Source: Microcoleus sp. (GTDB taxonomy: Bacteria > Cyanobacteriota > Cyanobacteriia > Cyanobacteriales > Microcoleaceae). Taken from it: a DNA stretch of 64,000 nt. The stretch's first letter is position 1. Each line of letters starts with the position of its first letter. A model generated the notes under the pieces. That model ran no database searches. It had not been told where the DNA came from and saw only the letters and a list, made by a program, of their open reading frames with translations. The DNA lies in assembly GCA_052279835.1 (NCBI GenBank), contig CP181291.1, forward strand, positions 4,960,001 to 5,024,000, in the 5' to 3' direction. Positions 42,250 through 51,665 of the stretch are shown here, piece by piece. The position numbers and the translations under genes are program-made.

Positions 42250-44157
42250 TTATTCTGCCGCCATATTCAAATCATAGGAAATAGGCTGTGAGGATTTAGA
42301 AACTACCACGAATTCATAATAACCAGCATCATCCAACAATCCTGACCAACTCAGTCCCTCTGCATCTTCTAGCAAAGCTCGCGACTTGTTTGTCCGCCCC
42401 GGAGTATAAATTGAGAGCAGAGTAGATTTAGGGGGAGCTTGCAAATTTACTCGCAGAGTTTGATTTTGAGCTAGTCTGGCTATGTAAGCTTTCCCTTCTC
42501 CTGGTTTGAGATTGCCTTTGAGGGTTTTTTGGGAAGCTCGGTTTTCAAATTCAACGCTTTCGATAGTTGCTCCTGCTTGTAAGGCTGCGAGGGCATCTGC
42601 TGTAATTGCTTGCCAAATTTGTCCGATCGCCAAACCAATTATATTACGATCGCGCGGTTGTTCTGGAAACAGATAGAAAAACTTAGCATCAGCCAAATCA
42701 TAAAGCGCCCGACTGCTCAAATTGATCTTGTTGACTTCTACTTTCCAGGTACTGATATCGGTGGTGTCGTAACTGCCTAACTTCTTTCTAGCGTTACTGC
42801 TGATATTTTCCAATTTGTCAAGTAATTCGTCACCGATTTTTTGCCACCTTTCTCGCCAAGTGCGATCGCCCTCACCTTCTTTTAGCAGCCGTCCGCCCAA
42901 TTCCGGGTATTTGGCATAGAAAGTCTCGTCCACAAGACTCACGTAACCATTATAAAATCTATCGTCTATTTCTAGTTTTTGAAAGCGATCGCGCAAAGCA
43001 TCTTCCTGCTGCTGCTTTGGGCCCGTAGCTACGGGAATTTTCTGCACTTTAGATTGCAGATTTAGCAAATAATTACCCGCAAACCAGCCCAATCCTCCCA
43101 TACTTGACAAAACTGCTACCACCAGTAACACCATTTTCCAAGCAGGCAACTTTTCCTGACTGCGAATATTAGTCATGGAAACCGGAACTCCCGGCAGTTT
43201 CGGGGGCACGATAGGTATGGGCTGTAACTCCGGTGGCGCTTGGGTGGGCGGAAAGGTTGATGTTGGTGTCGGTTGTGAGTGAGGCCAGGAAGCCGGATTG
43301 CCAGAGAGAGCCTGCATTACCTCGCGAGCCGAGGAATAGCGATCGCTAGGCCCGTGAGCGAGCATTTTATCCAACACTAGAGCCAAATTGGGAGACACAG
43401 AACATTCCGATCGCCAATGCCAATTCAGGGTATGGCTGTCGAGCAACTGATGGGGTTCTTTCCCTGTCAGCAATACCAAAACCGTTGCTGCCAAAGCGTA
43501 CAAATCGCTGTGGGGATACACAATGCCCATCTGCATCTGTTCGGCGGGGGCGTAGCCGAGTTTACCGATGCGAGTGGCGGGGGCGGGAGTGCTGTTAGTC
43601 TCAGCAAACAGAGACTCTGCGGTGGCCGCGACTTGTTTGACTCCCCCGAAGTCGATGAGTACGGGCATCCCGTCAGACAGTCGCAGAATCAGGTTATCTG
43701 GGGAGATGTCGCGGTGAATGACTCCCAGAGAGTGAGTATATTCCAGCACTGGCAAAAGCTGGATTAGCAGTTGGTTGACTTCGGCTTCTATGAAGCGCAA
43801 ACCCTGACGTTTGCGGGCATCTAGCAGAAAACGGTAGGTTTGACCTGGTACGTAGTCTTGGACTAGAAATAGGTAGCCTCGATCGCTAATATTCACCCGA
43901 AACAGTTCGCGGAAGTTGGGAATTTGGTTGTGTTTGAGCTTGTAGAGCACTCCGGCTTCCCGCTCAAAGAGTTCCTCGGATTTCTGTAAAGCGTAACTCC
44001 CCTGTACTTGGGGCGCAAATTCTTTTAAAACACAGGGCTCGTTAAATCGGTGAGCATCTTCAGCGAGGTAGGTGCGCCCAAAGCCACCATGTCCCAATTC
44101 GCGGACAATGCGGTAGTGGTTGCCTAGAGTAATGCCGGGATAGATAGGATTAGTCAT
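42250..44157 (-). CDS. Membrane-anchored Ser/Thr protein kinase
   Basis: LGHGGFGRTY, VLKE, HRDISPDN, IDFG, GYAPAEQ; Pro-rich linker; TM helix; likely start at ATG 44157. Confidence 0.93.
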   Translation of the reverse strand: MTNPIYPGITLGNHYRIVRELGHGGFGRTYLAEDAHRFNEPCVLKEFAPQVQGSYALQKSEELFEREAGVLYKLKHNQIPNFRELFRVNISDRGYLFLVQDYVPGQTYRFLLDARKRQGLRFIEAEVNQLLIQLLPVLEYTHSLGVIHRDISPDNLILRLSDGMPVLIDFGGVKQVAATAESLFAETNSTPAPATRIGKLGYAPAEQMQMGIVYPHSDLYALAATVLVLLTGKEPHQLLDSHTLNWHWRSECSVSPNLALVLDKMLAHGPSDRYSSAREVMQALSGNPASWPHSQPTPTSTFPPTQAPPELQPIPIVPPKLPGVPVSMTNIRSQEKLPAWKMVLLVVAVLSSMGGLGWFAGNYLLNLQSKVQKIPVATGPKQQQEDALRDRFQKLEIDDRFYNGYVSLVDETFYAKYPELGGRLLKEGEGDRTWRERWQKIGDELLDKLENISSNARKKLGSYDTTDISTWKVEVNKINLSSRALYDLADAKFFYLFPEQPRDRNIIGLAIGQIWQAITADALAALQAGATIESVEFENRASQKTLKGNLKPGEGKAYIARLAQNQTLRVNLQAPPKSTLLSIYTPGRTNKSRALLEDAEGLSWSGLLDDAGYYEFVVVSKSSQPISYDLNMAAE

Positions 44158-44183
44158 TGGAACTTGTTGCGTCGGATTTTGAC

Positions 44184-45499
44184 CAAAAAAATGGGATTCA
44201 AGCCCCGTCCTTCGCTTGACGGCTTTATTTATGCTACAATAGTTGCCGTAGAATTGTTCCACGTCAAGTGATTGTCTTAGAATTCAAGGCGAAAGGAAAA
44301 ACAACTCAATATTCGGCGATAGACGAGGCGATTAGAACCGCTCAATTTGTCAGCAACAAATGCATCCGATTCTGGATGGATAATCGTGGTGTAGGACAGA
44401 AGGAACTATATCGCCATAACACTAAGCTGAGGGCAGAGTTTCCCTTTGTAAATGCCTTGAACTCTCATGCCTGCCAAGTTGCGGTTGAGCGTGCCTATTC
44501 TGCCATCGCTCGGTTTTACGAGAATTGTAAAAAGGCAATTCCTGGAAAGAAAGGTTATCCTATGTTCAAGAAGAATTGTCGCTCAGTTGAGTACAAGACT
44601 TCAGGCTGGAAGCTTTCCGAGGACAGACGTACAATCAGCTTCATCGACAAGAAAGGCATTGGTAGACTAAAACTCAAAGGAACGTGGGACTTACATTTCT
44701 ACCAGTTAGACCAGATAAAACGAGTCAGGTTAGTACGTCGGGCTGATGGCTACTACGTTCAGTTTCTGATTAGGAATGAGCACCAAGCAGTAGCTGCTCA
44801 ACCAACTGGTAAAACTGTTGGTTTGGATGTAGGGCTTAAAGAGTTCTACACCGACAGCAACGGTCAAAGCGAACCTAATCCCAAGTTTTATCGAACCAAC
44901 GAGAAGCGGTTGAAGTTTAGACAACGCCGTGTTTCTCGTAAAAAGAAAGGCTCTGCCAATCGCCAGAAAGCCATTAATAGACTAGGGCGAGTACACCTCA
45001 AAATAAGTAGGCAACGTGAAGAACACGCTAAGAGAGTGGCGCGTTGCGTAATCCAATCTAACGATTTGGTCGCCTATGAAAATTTGAGGATTAAAAACTT
45101 GGTAAAGAATCATTGTCTCGCCAAATCTATCAATGATGCAGGTTGGTATCAGTTCAGGAAGTGGTTAGAGTATTTTGGAAAGAAGTTAGGTAAGATAACT
45201 GTTGCAGTTAACCCAGCCTACACGTCCCAAGAATGCTCATGCTGTCACACGGTGGTGAAAAAGTCTCTATCAACGAGAACTCACGTTTGTCGATGTGGGC
45301 TGGTTCTAGACCGAGACTGGAATGCGGCACTTAACATTCTGAGCTTAGCCTTGAGTACCACAGGGCATGTGGGAACTTGGGTCAAAGACCCCAACGCTTC
45401 GGGAGATTCGACCTCTACTTTGATTGGAGTAATCCAGTCTGAGCAAGTTGGGGTCTGTGAACGAAGAATCCCCGTCCTTCTAGGACGGGCGAGTGTCAA
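44184..45499 (+). mobile_element. Non-autonomous IS200/IS605-family element (tnpB only)
   Basis: TTGAC immediately 5' of the left end; subterminal hairpins GCCCCGTCCTTCGCTTGACGGC (left) and CCCGTCCTTCTAGGACGGG (right); ends in TCAA; no tnpA. Confidence 0.85.
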
Positions 45500-45560
45500 A
45501 TTAATCAAGACATACTCGTCGATAGACGAGCTTTATGGGCAAGTCGGTGTTGTCAGTTGA
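44268..45560 (+). CDS. tnpB: RNA-guided endonuclease TnpB
   Basis: RuvC residues GLDVG, AYENL, DRDWNAA; zinc finger CSCC...CRC. Confidence 0.93.
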   Translation: MIVLEFKAKGKTTQYSAIDEAIRTAQFVSNKCIRFWMDNRGVGQKELYRHNTKLRAEFPFVNALNSHACQVAVERAYSAIARFYENCKKAIPGKKGYPMFKKNCRSVEYKTSGWKLSEDRRTISFIDKKGIGRLKLKGTWDLHFYQLDQIKRVRLVRRADGYYVQFLIRNEHQAVAAQPTGKTVGLDVGLKEFYTDSNGQSEPNPKFYRTNEKRLKFRQRRVSRKKKGSANRQKAINRLGRVHLKISRQREEHAKRVARCVIQSNDLVAYENLRIKNLVKNHCLAKSINDAGWYQFRKWLEYFGKKLGKITVAVNPAYTSQECSCCHTVVKKSLSTRTHVCRCGLVLDRDWNAALNILSLALSTTGHVGTWVKDPNASGDSTSTLIGVIQSEQVGVCERRIPVLLGRASVKLIKTYSSIDELYGQVGVVS

Positions 45561-45728
45561 GCAGTTCTGATATTTTGATAGGATGTGCGATCGAGGGCAA
45601 GAAACTCAAGAAAGTGAGAAGTCTGAAGCAAAGGCTGCATCGATAGAGGCAGAAAGCAATTTTGTCAACAGCTTGGTGATGGGCTTGCAGTATAGTGAAA
45701 AAAATCCGATTCAATTCGAGGGTTGTTA

Positions 45729-47618
45729 ATGAATTTTTTATCCCTACCAAAATGGTTGCTGCACTCGACAGCAGTTGCCGTTTTAGCTGCTGTCTATTAC
45801 AGCACCGCTGAATTGGGACGATTTTTGGCATCCACCCCGGACAATGTGACTCCCGTTTGGCCTCCTGACGGATTCGCTTTAGCAGCCGTCCTGTTAGTAG
45901 GATATCGCGTTTGGCCTGGAATTTGGATCGGTTCATTTTTTGCCAATATTTGGGCTTTTTTGGACAAAACAAATCCAACTTCTGTGGCTATTTCCATCGC
46001 CATTGCTTCTAGCATCGCCGTGGGAACTAGCGGATCGGCAATTTTAGGCAGTTTCCTGCTACATAAGTTTGTCGGAAGTCGCCATCTGTTCGATCGCCCC
46101 CAAAGTGTGTTCAGATTTGTCATTATGGGGGGAATGTGTGGGCCCATTGTCAGTGCCACAGTCGGTATTACCACTCTCTATTTGCGAGGTATCGTCCCTC
46201 TGGAAAATTGGGGAACTAACTGGTTTACATGGTGGATGTCTAATGTAGGCGGGATTTTGATTTTTACACCTCTGTTGTTAATCTGGAGTCCACTACTTTT
46301 AGAGCTTATTCAGGAATTGTTTGAATTCGGCAATGCCCAAATCCAGCAAAAATACTACCGGAAATTTAAACATTTTAAATCTCTGTCATTTCAGTTACAA
46401 CAGGCTGAATTTATTCTCTTAATCGTGCTGGTATGTGCCGTCGGTAAAGTTGCTTTTGGTGGTGGCTATCCGGTGGAGTATATGATGATTCCTTTTATCC
46501 TATGGGCAGTATTTCGTTTTGACATCAAAGGGTCAACATTATTAATATTTATTGTTGCGGCCATTGCTGTTTTAGGAACAGTTAAAGGTGGCGGACCGTT
46601 TGTACGTCCCGATCTGAATGAATCTCTGGTGTTATTGCAGTCTTTTATCGGCGTTGTGGTACTGACTAATTTAATGCTGTATGCTGCGATCGCACAACGG
46701 CAGCAAGTAGAGGATCGGTTACGAGTTCAAAGTCAAAAGCTGAAAAAAACCTTACTAGACTTACAGCAGGCACAAGCTCAATTAATCCACAACGAAAAAA
46801 TGTCTAGTTTGGGACAATTAGTGGCGGGAGTTGCTCACGAAATCAATAACCCGATTACTTTTATCAGTGGAAATTTAGCTCACGCTAATCGATATACTCA
46901 AGAGTTACTAGAGCTGGTTAAATTGTATCAAAATTTTTATCCTCAACCAGCCCCAGAAATTCAAAACGCCATAGAAGAAGTGGATCTAGAGTTTGCGATG
47001 AAAGATTTGCAGAAAGTTTTAGCTTCTATGAAAAAAGGAACAAACAGAATTCAAAATATAGTCTTATCTTTGCGTAATTTTTCCCGGATGGACGAGTCGG
47101 AAGTCAAGATAGTAGACATTCATGAGGGATTGGATAGTACCCTCATGATTTTGGATAACCGCTTGCAATCTAATCCCGGAAATTTTAGCATTCAAGTGAT
47201 TAAAGAATATAGTAGTTTGCCAGAAATAGAATGTTATGTTTCTGAGTTAAATCAAGTGTTTATGAATATACTTGTTAATGCGATCGATGCTTTGGCAGAC
47301 AAACGGATGAAAAGAGACCTGAAGGATGGGGAAACTTTGCCTTGCATCAAAATTACCACAAATATTTTAGATAGTAAATATGTAGCTGTTAGTATTTTGG
47401 ACAATGGAATGGGAATTATGAAAGCATTTCAAAATCAAATTTTCGATCCTTTTTTTACGACTAAGCCTGTGGGAGAAGGCACGGGTTTAGGATTGTATAT
47501 TTGTCATCAAATAGTTGTCCAAAAACATGGAGGTAAACTAAAATGTATTTCACGAGAAAATCACAGTACCGAATTTATCATAGAACTGCCTATCGGCGAT
47601 AATCAAGACTTAAATTGA
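45729..47618 (+). CDS. MASE1-domain sensor histidine kinase
   Basis: TPVWPPDG MASE1 TM region; AHEINNP, NQVFMN, DNGMG, FFTTKP..GTGLGL. Confidence 0.92.
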   Translation: MNFLSLPKWLLHSTAVAVLAAVYYSTAELGRFLASTPDNVTPVWPPDGFALAAVLLVGYRVWPGIWIGSFFANIWAFLDKTNPTSVAISIAIASSIAVGTSGSAILGSFLLHKFVGSRHLFDRPQSVFRFVIMGGMCGPIVSATVGITTLYLRGIVPLENWGTNWFTWWMSNVGGILIFTPLLLIWSPLLLELIQELFEFGNAQIQQKYYRKFKHFKSLSFQLQQAEFILLIVLVCAVGKVAFGGGYPVEYMMIPFILWAVFRFDIKGSTLLIFIVAAIAVLGTVKGGGPFVRPDLNESLVLLQSFIGVVVLTNLMLYAAIAQRQQVEDRLRVQSQKLKKTLLDLQQAQAQLIHNEKMSSLGQLVAGVAHEINNPITFISGNLAHANRYTQELLELVKLYQNFYPQPAPEIQNAIEEVDLEFAMKDLQKVLASMKKGTNRIQNIVLSLRNFSRMDESEVKIVDIHEGLDSTLMILDNRLQSNPGNFSIQVIKEYSSLPEIECYVSELNQVFMNILVNAIDALADKRMKRDLKDGETLPCIKITTNILDSKYVAVSILDNGMGIMKAFQNQIFDPFFTTKPVGEGTGLGLYICHQIVVQKHGGKLKCISRENHSTEFIIELPIGDNQDLN

Positions 47619-47685
47619 GCGCTAGGAAAAACTTGATTAAATCGAAATTTTGCTAAAAATAAATGTGTATTTTTAGGAGGGACAA

Positions 47686-49248
47686 ATGCAGGAAGAACAG
47701 CGTCAACGAGCTGAGAAAGCATATCAAGAGTTTTGGAACACAGCCCTGGAAAAACGATTGCAACAGCAGCAGGAAGCTTCTCCTGAAACAGTTGAGATTC
47801 CCTGGGGAATAGCTGCGCTTCAGGCACTTTTTCAAAACGTCGCTGTAACTGTTCCCGCTTACCAGAGTTTTTTAGCTGAACATAACATTAATCCTGCTGA
47901 AATTCAAACCTTTGAAGACTTCCAAAAATTGCCACTAATTACGAAAGACAATTATTTGCGCACTCACCGACTAGCTGAGTTGTGTCGTGGTGGTAAATTA
48001 GAAACTTGCGATTTCATTGCTGTTTCCTCCGGTTCCACAGGAAAACCCACTTTTTGGCCGCGCTTCCTCAGCGATGAGTTGCAAATTGCTACTCGCTTTG
48101 AACAAATATTTTATGACAGTTTTTACGCCGATACTCGCTCAACTTTAGCTGTGATTTGCTTTGCGTTGGGGACTTGGGTTGGGGGAATGTATACCGCCAA
48201 TTGTTGCCGCCATTTAGCGAGTAAAGGTTATCCAGTGACGGTGGTGACACCGGGAAATAATAAAACCGAAATATTGCGGGTTGTGCAGGAACTTGGAGCG
48301 GATTTTGAGCAAGTGGTATTGTTAGGATATCCACCCTTTATTAAGGATGTCATTGATAGTGGCATTGCTGCGGGTGTGGAGTGGGAAAAATATGGAATTA
48401 AGATGGTGTTTGCGGGGGAAGTTTTTAGCGAAGAATGGCGGAGTTTGGTTAGCGATCGCACTCATTCTCCCACTCTATATTACAACTCTGCTAGCCTTTA
48501 CGGCACTGCCGATGCAGGAGTTTTAGCTAACGAGACACCGCTGAGTATTTGCATACGCCGTTTTTTAGCAAATAATCCTGAAGCTGCACGCAATTTATTT
48601 GGAGAATCGCGGTTGCCCAGCTTGATGCAGTACGAGCCGAACAGTCGCTTTTTTGAAGTGAATGATGATGGTACATTGCTATTTTCTGGAGACAATGGCA
48701 TCCCATTAATACGTTATCATATTTCTGACAATGGTGGCTTAATTTCTTATGAAGCAATGCTCGATTTTTTAGCAGCATGGGGATTTAACCCTGGGGAACA
48801 TTTGCAAGCAGCAGCAGCTTTAAATTTATTGCCAAATTCAGATTTTCCTAGAGGGATTCGAGGGCTACCCTTTGTCTATGTATTTGGGCGATCGCACTTT
48901 ACGGTTTCCTACTTCGGTGCTAACATTTACCCAGAAAATGTCACCGTCGGTTTAGAGGTTCCCACCATTCGGGAATGGGTTACAGGAAAGTTTGTGCTGC
49001 AAGTTAGGGAGGATTCCGATCGAAATCGGTTTTTATCTGTGGTTGTGGAATTAGCACCGGGGGTGGATGGTGATGAGGAGAAACAAAAGGCGATCGCATC
49101 TTCTATTCTCTCACAATTGCGGCGGCTAAACAGCGAATTTGCCAACTATGTACCGCCAGAATATCAGTTACCTATGGTGACGCTAACTGCGACGGGGGAT
49201 GCGGAGTATTTTCCTGTGGGTGTGAAGCATCGATATACTCGGCACTAA
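47686..49248 (+). CDS. Phenylacetate-CoA ligase (PaaK-like) family protein
   Basis: SSGSTGKP, YGTAD, PLIRY, FGRS...GANIYPEN; AGGAGG RBS. Confidence 0.88.
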   Translation: MQEEQRQRAEKAYQEFWNTALEKRLQQQQEASPETVEIPWGIAALQALFQNVAVTVPAYQSFLAEHNINPAEIQTFEDFQKLPLITKDNYLRTHRLAELCRGGKLETCDFIAVSSGSTGKPTFWPRFLSDELQIATRFEQIFYDSFYADTRSTLAVICFALGTWVGGMYTANCCRHLASKGYPVTVVTPGNNKTEILRVVQELGADFEQVVLLGYPPFIKDVIDSGIAAGVEWEKYGIKMVFAGEVFSEEWRSLVSDRTHSPTLYYNSASLYGTADAGVLANETPLSICIRRFLANNPEAARNLFGESRLPSLMQYEPNSRFFEVNDDGTLLFSGDNGIPLIRYHISDNGGLISYEAMLDFLAAWGFNPGEHLQAAAALNLLPNSDFPRGIRGLPFVYVFGRSHFTVSYFGANIYPENVTVGLEVPTIREWVTGKFVLQVREDSDRNRFLSVVVELAPGVDGDEEKQKAIASSILSQLRRLNSEFANYVPPEYQLPMVTLTATGDAEYFPVGVKHRYTRH

Positions 49249-49340
49249 GAGGTTGTGACTCTATTTTAGCAATGTTTTAAGATCTGTGTTAAATACCCGA
49301 ATTATTTAAGCAATTCGGGTAGGTTGCTATTCCCTCGATT

Positions 49341-50399
49341 TTATTTACCGTCAATCTGTTTGAGAGCCGCCAGAATTTCTGGTCGTTTCATCCGTGCATA
49401 ACCGCGCAATTTCCGCTCTTTGCCGATCGCCTTCAAGCGTCTGAGGGAGAGACTGTCGTAGTCTTCTGGCGGCGATTGCAACTGCGGTAATTGTGGCAAA
49501 AACGGTTTTTTTGGCTGTGTCTTCGACTTAGTTTTGGGCTTAGTCTCTGGTTGTATTCCAGAGTTGTGGGCGGTGGCTCCAAGTTGGCGACGGAGCCTTG
49601 CAATTTGATTTTTTAGGTCGGATTCTAGGTCTGTAATTGCCTCCGACACAAACTGATTAATTGTTTTGACGGTGAACTCTAATTTAATTGACAGCAATTT
49701 CTCGAATTCATCCAACAGTGTTAACGCACCTTCAAGATTCATCTCATCCATAGCAGAAGATGTGGGAGGAATATTGCTGCCCGATTGCTCAATTTTTTTA
49801 GCCAATTTATCTACCTTTTTGTTAAATGCTTGTTCAATTTCTGCGATTACAATCCTAATCTGTTCTATTTTGTCACCCTCTAACTTCTGCTCAGTTAGAG
49901 CTTTTACTTGTTTTTTGAGTAGGTCTTCATTTTTTTTTATTGATTGTTCTATTTGTTTTGTTAGACTCTCTACTTTTTTTTGAAATGATAGCTCAAATTG
50001 TTGCAGTAGACTCTCAATTTGGGCTGTTTTTTGAGTTGGCTGTGGAGCTAAAAGTTGCATTTCTGTTTGAGCAGCAGCTACTTCCTCATCGGTCATTTCA
50101 AAAACCCAAGCCCACATTTGTGCGAGGCCAATTTCTTTAGCAACCATGCACCAATCAGCGCCGCAGACAACTTCGTATTCTTCTTCGTTGCTGTAAGCTT
50201 CTGTGGGGCGTACAATTAAAGGCATCAAGTTGCTCCCTTGCTCAATTAGACTTCTTCTGAGAGCTTCGCGGCGATCGCGTATAATTTCCTTTCGCAGAGA
50301 ATCAGGTATCGCAATTTGGGAAGTGTAAATTTGACTATGACTAATTGGCTTAATCCGCAAATATTCAATTATTCGGTTTTGATCTTGCGATCGATCCAT
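49341..50399 (-). CDS. Degenerate ParB-like N-domain + coiled coil + C-terminal Rho_N-like domain
   Basis: GSNLMPLIVRP...YEVVCG; C-terminal YDSLSLRRLKAIGKERKLRGYARMKRPEILAAL. Confidence 0.75.
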   Translation of the reverse strand: MDRSQDQNRIIEYLRIKPISHSQIYTSQIAIPDSLRKEIIRDRREALRRSLIEQGSNLMPLIVRPTEAYSNEEEYEVVCGADWCMVAKEIGLAQMWAWVFEMTDEEVAAAQTEMQLLAPQPTQKTAQIESLLQQFELSFQKKVESLTKQIEQSIKKNEDLLKKQVKALTEQKLEGDKIEQIRIVIAEIEQAFNKKVDKLAKKIEQSGSNIPPTSSAMDEMNLEGALTLLDEFEKLLSIKLEFTVKTINQFVSEAITDLESDLKNQIARLRRQLGATAHNSGIQPETKPKTKSKTQPKKPFLPQLPQLQSPPEDYDSLSLRRLKAIGKERKLRGYARMKRPEILAALKQIDGK

Positions 50400-50675
50400 C
50401 TTGTTAAAAACCCCTTTTTTTATAAAAATTAGGTGTTTTAGGGATTTATGTATATCTACGCGGCTTCCGTGGGGCGACATCCCTGGCGATCCTCTTCGAG
50501 GGCTTCGCTAACGACAAAAGTTACTGCAATTCCTAAAACAAGCGACTGTGATGAGTTTAACTGGCTGGGGGACACCAATGATACATTGCTTAACTCATCT
50601 TTACTTTTTTTGGTGTGGAGCCTCACTGGGCTAACGTTCCCAGTGGGCACAGAGCGTGTTTTATTGACCCGGAGA

Positions 50676-50751
50676 TCCCCCCTAGCCCCCCTTAACAAGG
50701 GGGGAACAAGAGCATTCAAAGTCTCCCTTATTAAGGGGGATTTAGGGGGAT
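50676..50751. repeat. CCCCCCTAGCCCCCCTTAACAAGGGGGG-type small dispersed repeat pair
   Basis: Inverted arrangement; same family as the in-frame insertions elsewhere in the window. Confidence 0.75.
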
Positions 50752-50798
50752 CTGAACCTAATTGGAAAGGCAAGAAAACACGCTACAGGAATTGCGAG

Positions 50799-51665
50799 TT
50801 ATGAGTATTTGTGCCACTTATCAATTATTTTAATCATGGTTTTGTCGGTTAACCCTTTAACACGTTCCACCACATTTGCAAAGGACAGAAATGGCCGCAC
50901 ATCTCGCTCTTTGAGGATTATTTGAATTACTGGAAGCTTCAATCCCGCATCTTTCAAAGTCGTCGATAATTGAATTTTATCAAGAGTATTGAGTGCTTCC
51001 AACAGTGACATTGATTCCGAAATTACGGGTGGCGACGGTGTTTTTACATCATCAATACTGTTGGCTAGCCCACCTTCAATCAACTGATTTACTTGTTGTA
51101 AAATTCGGTTTTCTAATTCTTGTATACTCTGGGCATACTCGGATTTTAATTCCTTAATTTTGTTTTCTAGCTGGGCTTCAATATTTATTAGCCGTTGTTC
51201 TAAAGTGGATGATGATTGAGGAGTTTCATTGTCACAGGGCGGATCGACTTCGACCACAGAAACCGGGTTTTTGATTGAATCTGCGGGCTGCGATGAAGTA
51301 TTTTCGTATAAAAACCCGGTTTCTGGCTTCTCCACTACATCTTCAGTTATTGTACATTTTCTCAGCGCTTGAACTTGCTCTAGCAGAAGTTCTTCATTTT
51401 CTGGTTCCAGAATAAATGCTCCGATTGTCTCGCCTTTTAAAGGGTTAATTTCCCTGGCTTTCGCCGCCGCATAGTATTCAAAGTCTCCGTCTACTATCTC
51501 GTAGGCGTCCATCCCGTTGCGCCGGAGAATTATGGGGTTGATCAATCCTCCTAATTCTAAAATTAGTTGCGCCACTTTTTCCAAATCGCGATCGGCAAAA
51601 TTGTCACGGGGAACTGTGGATGTAATCTTTTTTACTGCTACCAACGACGGGGATAATTTTTGCAT
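50799..51665 (-). CDS. ParB-like N-terminal domain protein with C-terminal HhH-like region
   Basis: GGLINPIILRR...YEIVDGDFEYYAA; C-terminal PFLSFANVVERVKGL; start overlaps the ParA stop. Confidence 0.78.
   Translation of the reverse strand: MQKLSPSLVAVKKITSTVPRDNFADRDLEKVAQLILELGGLINPIILRRNGMDAYEIVDGDFEYYAAAKAREINPLKGETIGAFILEPENEELLLEQVQALRKCTITEDVVEKPETGFLYENTSSQPADSIKNPVSVVEVDPPCDNETPQSSSTLEQRLINIEAQLENKIKELKSEYAQSIQELENRILQQVNQLIEGGLANSIDDVKTPSPPVISESMSLLEALNTLDKIQLSTTLKDAGLKLPVIQIILKERDVRPFLSFANVVERVKGLTDKTMIKIIDKWHKYS

Noticed and set aside
44158..44262. N-terminal extension of the kinase in the ORF track
   Set aside because: Extends into the left end of the IS element; the true start is probably 44157.
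50448..50804. ORFs on both strands between the ParB-like genes
   Set aside because: Largely derived from a palindromic repeat; no coding evidence.
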